Shown: piece after piece, positions 8,783 through 17,100 of the stretch
Layout of the letters: every line of letters begins with the position of its first letter
Numbering within the stretch: position 1 is the stretch's first letter
Virus record (IMG/VR): IMGVR_UViG_3300022751_000002
Location: 1-53,640 of that record
Reading direction: 5' to 3' (one strand)
Origin: a virus
Taxonomy: Duplodnaviria > Caudoviricetes
Length of the DNA stretch: 53,640 nucleotides
The notes under the pieces: model-generated
Seen by the model: the letters and a program-made list of their open reading frames with translations, nothing else
Told to the model about the DNA's origin: nothing
Databases searched by the model: none
Made by a program: the position numbers and the translations under genes

Positions 8783-9055
8783 ATGAAAAATTTAATCACA
8801 TTCGCATTAATTATTATTTCACTAAATGTTTTCGGGCAATCAAAAATTAACGACATGCCAAGAACTAAAAACATTGTTTCAATTGAATACGGTGTTACAT
8901 GTGGAAAAACAGGAAAGTCAGCGGTTTACGTTTACTTCAAAGCAAAAACAAGTCAGGGATTCAATGTAAAAACGGATAGAGAAATCATTTATATTGAAAA
9001 CATTTCTAACTTGCAAAGAACAGTTGAATATCAATCTTACTTAAGACGTTCTTAA
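8783..9055 (+). CDS. Small secreted protein
   Basis: Signal peptide MKNLITFALIIISLNVFG-Q. Confidence 0.7.
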   Translation: MKNLITFALIIISLNVFGQSKINDMPRTKNIVSIEYGVTCGKTGKSAVYVYFKAKTSQGFNVKTDREIIYIENISNLQRTVEYQSYLRRS

Positions 9056-9057
9056 TT

Positions 9058-9297
9058 ATGGAAAAGCAATTATCATTAATAGAAACGCATCAGTCGTTAA
9101 AAGATAGTTTAGATGTAACCGTTAAAATAGATTGGAGGCAAGTTTTAAAGGTTACTGTAGAGGATTTAATAAAAAAGTAAAATTCATGCGTAGAAAATAA
9201 AAGTTGTCATCAGGACGCGTTTAAAGAAGTGCTTATTTATTATTTAGGGGATGATGATTTTGAAAAATATGTTACTAATAATGAAGAATTATCATGA
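9058..9297 (+). pseudogene. 79-codon frame interrupted by in-frame TAA (9178-9180)
   Basis: Frame continues 38 codons after the TAA to a TGA overlapping the next ATG. Confidence 0.55.
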
Positions 9298-9533
9298 ACC
9301 CGCCACCACCACCATTTAACTGTGAAGTATTTTCACCTTGTTGGTGTTCAGTAGCAGGACGTGAAAACAACCCTAATTGCAAACAAAGCGTATCGATTCA
9401 AAGTGATTTGTTTGCTTTGTTATTAGTTGTTTTCATTGTAGTTTATACGCTATGGGTTTTCAAAATTATTAAATCATTTCCAATTATTTTTAAAAGAAAT
9501 AGTAATTGGGAGTCTAAAAAAATACTACAATGA
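9294..9533 (+). CDS. Pro/Cys-rich membrane-anchored peptide
   Basis: PPPPP, 4 Cys, TM helix, basic tail. Confidence 0.65.
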   Translation: MNPPPPPFNCEVFSPCWCSVAGRENNPNCKQSVSIQSDLFALLLVVFIVVYTLWVFKIIKSFPIIFKRNSNWESKKILQ

Positions 9534-9637
9534 AAGCAAGAAACAAATACTTCGAAAGATTCATCATTACATTATTTTTTATTGGCTTTTCGGGATGGAT
9601 AGCGTTTTGCATTTACGTTATAAAAAATGCATCATGA
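9530..9637 (+). CDS. Small single-TM protein (35 aa)
   Basis: ATGA-coupled; hydrophobic core. Confidence 0.5.
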   Translation: MKARNKYFERFIITLFFIGFSGWIAFCIYVIKNAS

Positions 9638-9707
9638 ATATCGGTGATAAATGTTTGATCGCCGAATCAACAAAAGCAATATTATTAATTTTAATTTATT
9701 TTATATC

Positions 9708-9920
9708 ATGACAATAGCAATTATTACACCATCAGAACGTGATTATAGAATGCATGTTCTACAGCAAACACAAACCGAAAAGGACATTGAATATGTTCAG
9801 GTTAAAGATCTAAATTCCGCATATGGAATAACTGTAAATGATTACGTTTCAATCACAAATTCAGTAAGAATGCATAATTATAATTCGGTTGTTGAAGCCG
9901 TTCAAAGAAGAGTAAGATAA
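9708..9920 (+). CDS. Small protein resembling TerL Walker-B region (70 aa)
   Basis: ATG 9708; by-eye alignment to terL. Confidence 0.7.
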   Translation: MTIAIITPSERDYRMHVLQQTQTEKDIEYVQVKDLNSAYGITVNDYVSITNSVRMHNYNSVVEAVQRRVR

Positions 9921-10192
9921 TGGATAACACGCAAGAAAAAATAATAAACGGTTTAGATATTTCTAAATTAAAGCCTAGAAGAGTATTTCTAAGAAATGAA
10001 AAGTACGAATGTCAAGGAACAATTGTAGTTTGTATTGAAACTACATGCAGTTATACAAACGATCATTTTAAAGCGGTATATGTTGGTGACACAGGAAGAT
10101 ATTCAGGGAATAAGCCGATTTATATGTTTGGTTCGCCTTTCAATTGTGTATGTTCTAATTACGAACCATTTTCAGGAAATATAAATTTATAA
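9920..10192 (+). CDS. Hypothetical protein
   Basis: TAATG-coupled ORF. Confidence 0.65.
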   Translation: MDNTQEKIINGLDISKLKPRRVFLRNEKYECQGTIVVCIETTCSYTNDHFKAVYVGDTGRYSGNKPIYMFGSPFNCVCSNYEPFSGNINL

Positions 10193-10194
10193 TC

Positions 10195-10476
10195 ATGGCA
10201 ACAGAACTAAAAGATGTTTCGATTCAAAAAATAGTAGATCTGATTGGGAATTACATAGTAAAAGATAATATTCCAAATTCAAAAGTAGTAACTAAATCAT
10301 TTGGAGAAGTCGAAATAAAAGCAACTCGATATCAAATTCAAATATCGTTAGTTCCTGGTGAAGCAAATTTCAATACGGAAAACGGTGTAGTAAGTACTAA
10401 AATTAAAAAGTCATTCGTTACTAAATTTATTAATCTATTTAAAAATAAAAAAGATGATTCAAAACCAAAGTTATAA
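10195..10476 (+). CDS. Hypothetical protein
   Basis: ORF in operon. Confidence 0.65.
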   Translation: MATELKDVSIQKIVDLIGNYIVKDNIPNSKVVTKSFGEVEIKATRYQIQISLVPGEANFNTENGVVSTKIKKSFVTKFINLFKNKKDDSKPKL

Positions 10477-10567
10477 TAAGTATTGCGCCAAATTAGCAAA
10501 GAACATTCGTAACAAAAGCGCAAAAAACAAAGAATTTAAAACTAAAGTCGAACCTAAAAAAGAATAA
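10454..10567 (+). CDS. Small basic protein (37 aa)
   Basis: Fills gap between neighbours. Confidence 0.45.
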   Translation: MIQNQSYNKYCAKLAKNIRNKSAKNKEFKTKVEPKKE

Positions 10568-10569
10568 AC

Positions 10570-10758
10570 ATGGTAGCAGTTAATTGTCAAACAAATTTTG
10601 GATCAGGAATGAGAGATTGTCAATCTGATCAAGCGAAACCCGAAAAGAAAAATACTTATACAGAATTTATTCCAAATCCGGAAAACGATAATTTTCGTAA
10701 AAAGTATTTAGGAGTTAAGAAAAGATATTCAAAAACTCCAAATAACAGACAATATTAA
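10570..10758 (+). CDS. Small protein with tail-tube-like N-terminus
   Basis: MVAVNCQTNFGSGMRDC. Confidence 0.6.
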   Translation: MVAVNCQTNFGSGMRDCQSDQAKPEKKNTYTEFIPNPENDNFRKKYLGVKKRYSKTPNNRQY

Positions 10759-10778
10759 TTATTATAAAATAAAAAGCA

Positions 10779-11042
10779 ATGGCAGATATTAAAATTACAG
10801 GAACAGTAAAAGAAATCGAAGGACTAAAGCAATCAACGAACGGTTTCAAAACGCAGGAAATAGCAGTTGATGAAGGCGGCCAATTTGGAACCGTGATACC
10901 TATAAAGTTTTGCGGTGATAAAGGCATTGCGATTGTCGCTTCTTTAAAAACAGGTCAGAAAGTAAGTGTTCAATGCAATTTAAAAGGAACAATTTACAGC
11001 GAAAGAAGATTTTTGAATTTGGAAGGTTGGCGAATTGATTAA
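10779..11042 (+). CDS. DUF3127-like OB-fold ssDNA-binding protein
   Basis: ITGTVKEI..GFKTQEI..CNLKG..FLNLEGWRID. Confidence 0.75.
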   Translation: MADIKITGTVKEIEGLKQSTNGFKTQEIAVDEGGQFGTVIPIKFCGDKGIAIVASLKTGQKVSVQCNLKGTIYSERRFLNLEGWRID

Positions 11043-11048
11043 AATGTT

Positions 11049-11056
11049 TATATTTG
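11049..11056 (+). promoter_or_regulatory. -7 promoter element for RNA genes
   Basis: TATATTTG 10 nt upstream of the tRNA-like RNA. Confidence 0.65.
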
Positions 11057-11065
11057 AATAAGTTT

Positions 11066-11190
11066 AATCATGTTGATCATAACGCAGCTTGTGGATAGAT
11101 CTGAAAGCAGAAATGCAAAGTCGAGGCGATAAAATAGCTGCATAATGCCGAGGTAATGGCGTAATGAAGGTTCAAGTCCTTCCATGGTTA
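11066..11190 (+). ncRNA. tRNA-like RNA (acceptor stem + T arm, expanded core)
   Basis: aatcatg/catggtt; gaagg-ttcaagt-ccttc; gcagct/agctgc helix. Confidence 0.65.
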
Positions 11191-11197
11191 AACAAAT

Positions 11198-11270
11198 GCA
11201 TTGGTAGTTTAATGGTAAAACAGCAGTCTCCAAAACTGTATTTAGAGGTTCGAATCCTTTCCTTTGTGCA
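11198..11270 (+). tRNA. trnW: tRNA-Trp(CCA), imperfect acceptor stem
   Basis: gcagt-ctccaaa-actgt; agagg-ttcgaat-ccttt. Confidence 0.7.
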
Positions 11271-11326
11271 ACTATAGCGAAAGGCGAATTTAGAGAGGAA
11301 GCAGTAATTAAAAATTGTTTTCATGT

Positions 11327-11355
11327 AAAACCACTCAATTATGAGTGGTTTTTTT
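11327..11355 (+). terminator. Intrinsic terminator
   Basis: aaaaccactca/tgagtggtttt + T tract. Confidence 0.85.
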
Positions 11356-11373
11356 ATGCCTTTTAGTGAAATA

Positions 11374-11415
11374 ATTTAGAATGAGTATAAATAAGGAATA
11401 AATTTTCTACATTTG
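11374..11415 (+). promoter_or_regulatory. Head-tail operon promoter with 19-bp box
   Basis: ATTTAGAATGAGTATAAAT; TACATTTG 11408. Confidence 0.7.
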
Positions 11416-11451
11416 TCATTATAAATAACAACAATCTAAAAAATTATTTTT

Positions 11452-12117
11452 ATGGCAGTTACAACAGAACAGATTAAGGCACGACTTAAGGTAAAATTTC
11501 CTAAGGCGAACTTATCACAAAAAAGGATGGATGCTTTGGCAGCTAAACTTGCGCCAAAGCCAAAAGATGGGGCTACTGATGAAGAGATTGATTCAGTTTT
11601 AGAAAATGCAAATGACTTTATGTCTTTTGAGGACATCGCAAAAGAAGATGATCGCATGAGAACATTAGAGGCAAACCAAAAGCCTAAAACAGAACCTGAT
11701 CCAACTGACCCACCAACACCAAAACCAACTGAACCTGTAATTACACCACCTGTAGGTGATGTGCCTGAATGGGCTAAAGCGCTTATTAAGCAAAACGAAA
11801 CTGTTGTTGCTGAAATTACCGCTTTAAAAACAGGAAATGTTTTGGCAACAAAAAAGGCAACGGCTGCGGAATTGTTTGGAAAATCTGAAGTGTTGAAAGC
11901 TTTAAAAGAAGAGGTTCGCCCAAATTGGATAAACAGAATAAATGTAGATTCTGAAACTTCTATTGAAGATCAGATCGCAGCATTAGAATCTGAGTACACA
12001 ATTATAGCGCAATCAAATGCTAATTCAACACCATATTCCGGACCAACTCCAACGGGATTTAATCCAGGAAACAAAGTTGATGATGCGTTAGTTGATTCGG
12101 TTGTTGCTTCAATGTAA
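11452..12117 (+). CDS. Capsid scaffolding protein
   Basis: Pro-rich linker, PEWAKAL motif, upstream of capsid genes. Confidence 0.75.
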   Translation: MAVTTEQIKARLKVKFPKANLSQKRMDALAAKLAPKPKDGATDEEIDSVLENANDFMSFEDIAKEDDRMRTLEANQKPKTEPDPTDPPTPKPTEPVITPPVGDVPEWAKALIKQNETVVAEITALKTGNVLATKKATAAELFGKSEVLKALKEEVRPNWINRINVDSETSIEDQIAALESEYTIIAQSNANSTPYSGPTPTGFNPGNKVDDALVDSVVASM

Positions 12118-12144
12118 ATATTAATTTAAAAAACAACTAAAAAG

Positions 12145-12543
12145 ATGCCAACAGCAAATTTAAACAACGAGGGCGTTCAGGTTGATACTACTTGGGATTC
12201 AATTATCATCAAAAAACTTTTGGTTGATATTCCGGGCGGTAAAACGTTAGACGTTACAGGGATCACAGAAGAGGTTTTGAAAGCCGGTCGAGTGATCATC
12301 GAGCAAACATCTAACGGAGTGTTAAAACCTTTAGCTATTACTTCAGGTGAATACGTAACACTTCCTGCAGGACATACCTACAAAGGTATTTTGTACGCTA
12401 CAATTTTGACCAAAAGACCATTCGCACCGGTTCTTTTATCAGGTGATGTTAACAATGTAGCAATTGTTAATTATGGTTTGCCGGCGGTTCCCGCTGCTGC
12501 CATTACAGCACTTGAAAATCACATTTTATTCACAAAGGATTAA
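12145..12543 (+). CDS. Head decoration protein
   Basis: IPGGKTLD..LKAG; lies between scaffold and MCP. Confidence 0.7.
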   Translation: MPTANLNNEGVQVDTTWDSIIIKKLLVDIPGGKTLDVTGITEEVLKAGRVIIEQTSNGVLKPLAITSGEYVTLPAGHTYKGILYATILTKRPFAPVLLSGDVNNVAIVNYGLPAVPAAAITALENHILFTKD

Positions 12544-12563
12544 TCCTAAAAATCATTTAAAAA

Positions 12564-13847
12564 ATGGAACAATCATTATTCCCGCAATGGGTAGATAAAT
12601 TCTTTAAAGCGATTGCGCTTAAAGTAATTGAAAAGTTAAATGGTACGACTAATCCTTTAACATACATGCATAAAACAATGCTTAGAAAAACCTTTTCAAC
12701 ATCGTTGCAATGGGGTTCAATTTCTAGCAATGGTACAGTTGTAAGAGCAGATGTAGTTGCTTTAGATTCTAGCCTTCCTTTAAAAAGAAGAGATTCAATC
12801 AGTAAAGCTACAGGTGACATTCCTAAATTAGGTATGAAAATGTATCTTAACGAACACACCATGAACGATCTTAAGATTTTAGTTGCTACGGCCGGCCAAG
12901 AATCTGAAATTTTACGTAAATTATTTGGTGATGTGAACAAATGTGTTGCGGGTATTTATGAAACCTTAGAATTTATGTTCTTACAGGCTTTATCTTCAGG
13001 TGTAACTTTGATTACAGGCGATGATTCTACAGGTGTAGGAATAAGAATTGATTTTGGTATTCCTGCAGAAAATAGATACGGTGTTACGTTGCCTTGGACA
13101 GATGCCAACGCTACTCCAATCGATGATATCAATTGGGTAAAATCTCAGGCACGTGTAAAAGGCGCAACACTTTCTTATATATTCATGGATTTAAGCACTT
13201 GGAACTTATTTAAAGCTAACACACAGGTTAAGCAAGAATTTGCTTTTTCACTTGGTTTTACCGGTTCTCAAATTCCAAATGTTCCATCTGTTGAACGTGC
13301 AAATGAGTTCTTGAAAGCAAATTACGGCGTAACTATTACAATTGTCGATAGACAAATGTTAGTAGAGAAAAACGGTGTGCGTAGCGTTACAAATCCTTGG
13401 ACCGCTAATATCGTTACTTTCTTAACTGATTTGAATGTTGGTACTTTAACTTATGGTTCATTGGCAGAAGAAACATTCCCTGTTAAGCAAGTTACTTATA
13501 CCAAAGTAGATGATTTAATTTTGATTTCTAAATATGGTAAAAACGATCCTGTAAGAGAATTTACTTCTTCTCAGGCTTTAGCTTTGCCGGTTTTAGATAA
13601 TGTTGATTCAATTTATTTAATGGACGTTTCTGATGCTGATATAAGCGCACAAACTGAAGGTGATGCAAATTACAGCTATGAAGGTACTAACTATACTAAA
13701 GTTTCAGTTATTGCAGGTTTAAATGCTGCTGATTCAACTAATAAGTTAACTACTTCTTCAACAGATGCATCAATCAAAAAAGCAATAAATAAGCTTAACG
13801 AGGAACAAATTTTGATCTTTGAAGCTCAATTAGTAGCATCAGCATAA
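12564..13847 (+). CDS. Major capsid protein (lambda gpE-like) with C-terminal extension
   Basis: ADVVALDSSLP, GDIPKLG, IDFGIP, ATPIDDI, SSQALALPVL. Confidence 0.9.
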   Translation: MEQSLFPQWVDKFFKAIALKVIEKLNGTTNPLTYMHKTMLRKTFSTSLQWGSISSNGTVVRADVVALDSSLPLKRRDSISKATGDIPKLGMKMYLNEHTMNDLKILVATAGQESEILRKLFGDVNKCVAGIYETLEFMFLQALSSGVTLITGDDSTGVGIRIDFGIPAENRYGVTLPWTDANATPIDDINWVKSQARVKGATLSYIFMDLSTWNLFKANTQVKQEFAFSLGFTGSQIPNVPSVERANEFLKANYGVTITIVDRQMLVEKNGVRSVTNPWTANIVTFLTDLNVGTLTYGSLAEETFPVKQVTYTKVDDLILISKYGKNDPVREFTSSQALALPVLDNVDSIYLMDVSDADISAQTEGDANYSYEGTNYTKVSVIAGLNAADSTNKLTTSSTDASIKKAINKLNEEQILIFEAQLVASA

Positions 13848-13848
13848 T

Positions 13849-14430
13849 ATGTATAGTCCTGAAAGCATACAGTCCTTAGTGGATAGAATTGGATTCGCTG
13901 AACCAATGGATTCTAATTTTGCAATTACACTTTATCCTGAAGTGATTTTGTCGAATTCAGGCCGTTATGTGAATTCATTTCATCAACTAGCGATAGTTGA
14001 AAATATTTATTCGGCGATTCCACAAATAAACATGTTGGAATCGCCGTTTAATACTTACTTGCAAAGTATGAAAACTCAGGCTGTTTTAGAGTCGCTAAAT
14101 GAAATCATCAACAAAGATTCTCGTTCACTTATTGATACTGATTATTCAAACATAATAATTACCAATCCGTTTATTTTTGATGATGTTATTGGTTACACAA
14201 TCGCAATAAAATGCATTGAATTATTTATTTCTACATCAAGAAAAAACTTATTCGAACGTAACGCAAAAGAAGCCTACGAGAAGTTAAAAATGGAATTGGA
14301 AGGCGTTAGGAGTGATTCGGGTGCAATTGTCGCACAAGGAATAAAAAGAGAACGTTATTATGCTGTTCGAAAAGCTAAAGAAGTAATCTTTCCCTTTGAA
14401 ATTCCTGTTGATGGAACAAAATCATGGTAA
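13849..14430 (+). CDS. Head-tail connector/adaptor (putative)
   Basis: Position after MCP. Confidence 0.55.
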   Translation: MYSPESIQSLVDRIGFAEPMDSNFAITLYPEVILSNSGRYVNSFHQLAIVENIYSAIPQINMLESPFNTYLQSMKTQAVLESLNEIINKDSRSLIDTDYSNIIITNPFIFDDVIGYTIAIKCIELFISTSRKNLFERNAKEAYEKLKMELEGVRSDSGAIVAQGIKRERYYAVRKAKEVIFPFEIPVDGTKSW

Positions 14431-14431
14431 T

Positions 14432-14989
14432 ATGAATTATACTATAACAAATCCTAAAGGATTAGATGAACAAGTACAGTATACACAAAAACTTTTGTTC
14501 GACAATCTAAAAACTAAATGGAAAACATCGGGAATTAGTCCTGATACTACATTAGATGTTTTTGGAAGGATCAGAAGAAACCCTGTTAGTGATGATTTTT
14601 ATCCGGAAGCGTATATTGGTGATGGTGAGTACCGAGATTTGTATTTGAATGATGCTGTAAACGCTACGATTTGTTTTATTGAAGAAGATCGGGATCATAC
14701 AACGGACGATTTCAATGAGTTCTATTTTGCTGAGGGAAAATTTGTAGTAATGATGAATCTTAAGAATTGTTATCCAACTATTTTGCATCGTGCAGATTCT
14801 GAAGCTCAATTAGATGTTATTGCTCAGATCAAGAAAAACAAAATGTTTGCTATTGATGGTATTCAAAAAGGATTAGAAAATATATTCAAAGGTTTTAAAA
14901 CTGATAATATTAAAACTGATGATATGCAGCCATTTCATTGTTTTGCCATTACCGGCACAATGAAATATAAAATAAATATTAATTGTTAA
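14432..14989 (+). CDS. Neck/tail-completion protein (putative)
   Basis: Position before tail tube; ATG 14432. Confidence 0.5.
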   Translation: MNYTITNPKGLDEQVQYTQKLLFDNLKTKWKTSGISPDTTLDVFGRIRRNPVSDDFYPEAYIGDGEYRDLYLNDAVNATICFIEEDRDHTTDDFNEFYFAEGKFVVMMNLKNCYPTILHRADSEAQLDVIAQIKKNKMFAIDGIQKGLENIFKGFKTDNIKTDDMQPFHCFAITGTMKYKININC

Positions 14990-15008
14990 TTAAATAAAAA
15001 TAGAACTT

Positions 15009-15887
15009 ATGGCAATATTTGTAAAATGCAAAGGCAAAGATCAAAATAAGCGAAATACAGGTGCGAAAGAGCAATGTATCGAAGGTGTTATGATTCGTAC
15101 TGCGGTTGCCATTCCTGGATTCCAATTTGATAGCCGTGATGATGCGGAAGATTTGGATAAATGGAATGCAGCAGTTGCCGCAAAACAGATTTTCCCTCTT
15201 TACGAAGCTGAGGAAGTTACAACTGCAAACACGGAACCTACATATTTTGAAGGTCGTAGACAACAATATCTTACTTCAAATGGTAAAAAGATCACAACAT
15301 TCACCAGTATTTTAGGTTTATGTTCTCATTTTGCTTTAACGTCATTCGGTGATACTCCTTTACAATTGTTCGAATTCACAGAGGATGGAGCAATTAAAGG
15401 TGTAAATACTACTGATGGAGGCGTAAAAGGTCAATCGGTTAAACTAAATGTTGGACCACGTTTAGATGCAACAGCAGACAGGCCGCCATCCACATTGGTA
15501 ACAATCAATTATTTGGATTCAAGTGAATTCGAACAAAATGGTTGGATTGGCAGACCTGAATGGAGAGATTCAGAATTGTTTGGTATTTTCGATGTTACAC
15601 TTACACAGGTTTCAGCAAGCGCAACCGTTATTAAATTAACAGCAGGCGTTGGTTGTGCGGGTGGTGATGAATTAGTTGAAACTTTTGTATTAGCTAATTT
15701 TGTAGTTAGAAATCTTACGGGCGTTATTCAAACAGTAACTTTTACAGCTCCGGATTCTGAAGGTGTTTATACATTGACAGGTACAGGTTTTGCAGATGGT
15801 TATACTGTTGAATTGCTAGGTGTTGTAACTGTTGGCGGGCTTTCTTATGAAACTCCTGAAACATTAATTCTAGAAGTTACACCATAA
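15009..15887 (+). CDS. Major tail (tube) protein (putative)
   Basis: Size, position, beta-rich C-terminal domain. Confidence 0.7.
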   Translation: MAIFVKCKGKDQNKRNTGAKEQCIEGVMIRTAVAIPGFQFDSRDDAEDLDKWNAAVAAKQIFPLYEAEEVTTANTEPTYFEGRRQQYLTSNGKKITTFTSILGLCSHFALTSFGDTPLQLFEFTEDGAIKGVNTTDGGVKGQSVKLNVGPRLDATADRPPSTLVTINYLDSSEFEQNGWIGRPEWRDSELFGIFDVTLTQVSASATVIKLTAGVGCAGGDELVETFVLANFVVRNLTGVIQTVTFTAPDSEGVYTLTGTGFADGYTVELLGVVTVGGLSYETPETLILEVTP

Positions 15888-16105
15888 TGCCAAAGTATAA
15901 AGGTATAGAGTTCCCGAATGGATATAAAACTTCATTCGGGCAATTCAAAAAAGACTTTTCTGATAGTCATGTTTTTAAAGATACCCCCGCCGAAAATCTA
16001 GATTCAGAACTAGAAAAAGCTTATGAATTTTTAACCAATCAAAATGGCAAACTTCAATCAACAACTAAAGAAAGCAAGAAGTCTGACACCGACACGATTA
16101 AGTAA
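15887..16105 (+). CDS. Small tail-region protein
   Basis: TAATG-coupled. Confidence 0.6.
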   Translation: MPKYKGIEFPNGYKTSFGQFKKDFSDSHVFKDTPAENLDSELEKAYEFLTNQNGKLQSTTKESKKSDTDTIK

Positions 16106-16493
16106 TGACTTGTTTAAATTTATCAGGCAGATTGAAAAAGAAATTGTAAAGCTGAATGTTGACCAAATAAACATTGATAGCAAAGATATTTACAATAAGA
16201 ATATCGGTTTTTATTCTTATATGACTGAAGTTATTACTAATGGAAGAAAAAAAAGAGGTGAGCCTTTCGATGGTAAGGAATCCGGTAAATGGTTAGGTAG
16301 TTTTTACGTTGATATTCAAGGAAAAGCTTTCAGATTATTTGCTACAGATCCGAAAACACATCTTATTTTAGATAGTGAACATTGGCTTTCAGATGATTTA
16401 TTTGGACTTACTGACAAAAATCTTAAGGAGTTAATCGCTAGTCGCTTAGCTCCTTTTTTTATTGAAAACCTCAGAAACAACTTAGATATATGA
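16044..16493 (+). CDS. Virion morphogenesis protein (HK97 gp10-like, putative)
   Basis: ESGKWLGSF, DDLFGLT; position. Confidence 0.5.
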   Translation: MANFNQQLKKARSLTPTRLSNDLFKFIRQIEKEIVKLNVDQINIDSKDIYNKNIGFYSYMTEVITNGRKKRGEPFDGKESGKWLGSFYVDIQGKAFRLFATDPKTHLILDSEHWLSDDLFGLTDKNLKELIASRLAPFFIENLRNNLDI

Positions 16494-17095
16494 TTTACAA
16501 CAGTCTTGATACTATACCCCATAAAACATTTTTAAAAATTGCCGCAACAGGTGATTTTTCTTTATTAAGTGATACCGAAGAAAGTTTGACCATCTTACAA
16601 ATAATTTGGGAAAAACTATTCCAAGAACATTTAGAACTTGATAGCACACCGGAATCAAAAAGAGAATTCAGAATTACTTTAGATGTTGAATCTTTAGAAA
16701 TGGAACATAAATTTATTGTTGGCGCATGTGATTGTTTGGAATTTGATATTGATGATGAATTAATTGAAATTCTAAGAACAAAACGATATTATATTAGGAC
16801 TGATTGCACAGAAAACTACTATCAGGACATAGAACAGGTAAAACGTTTCGCAAAAGGGCTAAATATCAAGATAAAAACGCTAAAGAATCAATTACCAAAA
16901 GAAGATTCAGAAGAAAACCAACCTTTACAGCATGAAAAATTAACAATTGATGATATAATGTGCGGTTATGCTGATATTATGGGATTCGATTTTGATTACA
17001 ATACGGTTTCTTATATGAAGTTTAGAGCAATTAAACGCCAGGTAAATAAAAAGATGAAACAAATATCAGAACAAAACGCGAAAGCTAAAAAATAA
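16490..17095 (+). CDS. Tail assembly chaperone (putative)
   Basis: Directly upstream of tape measure. Confidence 0.5.
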   Translation: MIYNSLDTIPHKTFLKIAATGDFSLLSDTEESLTILQIIWEKLFQEHLELDSTPESKREFRITLDVESLEMEHKFIVGACDCLEFDIDDELIEILRTKRYYIRTDCTENYYQDIEQVKRFAKGLNIKIKTLKNQLPKEDSEENQPLQHEKLTIDDIMCGYADIMGFDFDYNTVSYMKFRAIKRQVNKKMKQISEQNAKAKK

Positions 17096-17100
17096 ATACT

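Noticed and set aside
10195-10476. Portal-like motif QKIVDLIGNYIV as another decoy (also KIADMPF in ORF 1234)
   Set aside because: Similarity too short and generic to support without a profile search.
11101-11125. Hammerhead core in the tRNA-like RNA (ctgaaa-stem-aaagtc)
   Set aside because: Lacks the CUGAnGA/GAAA consensus and stem III.
11048-11233. 61-aa minus-strand ORF
   Set aside because: Antisense to the tRNA-like RNA and tRNA-Trp.
11271-11325. Theta/HDV-like ribozyme after tRNA-Trp
   Set aside because: I could not build the nested double pseudoknot by eye.
15887-17100. Tail-chaperone programmed frameshift
   Set aside because: No convincing slippery site linking a G/GT pair; each ORF has its own ATG.
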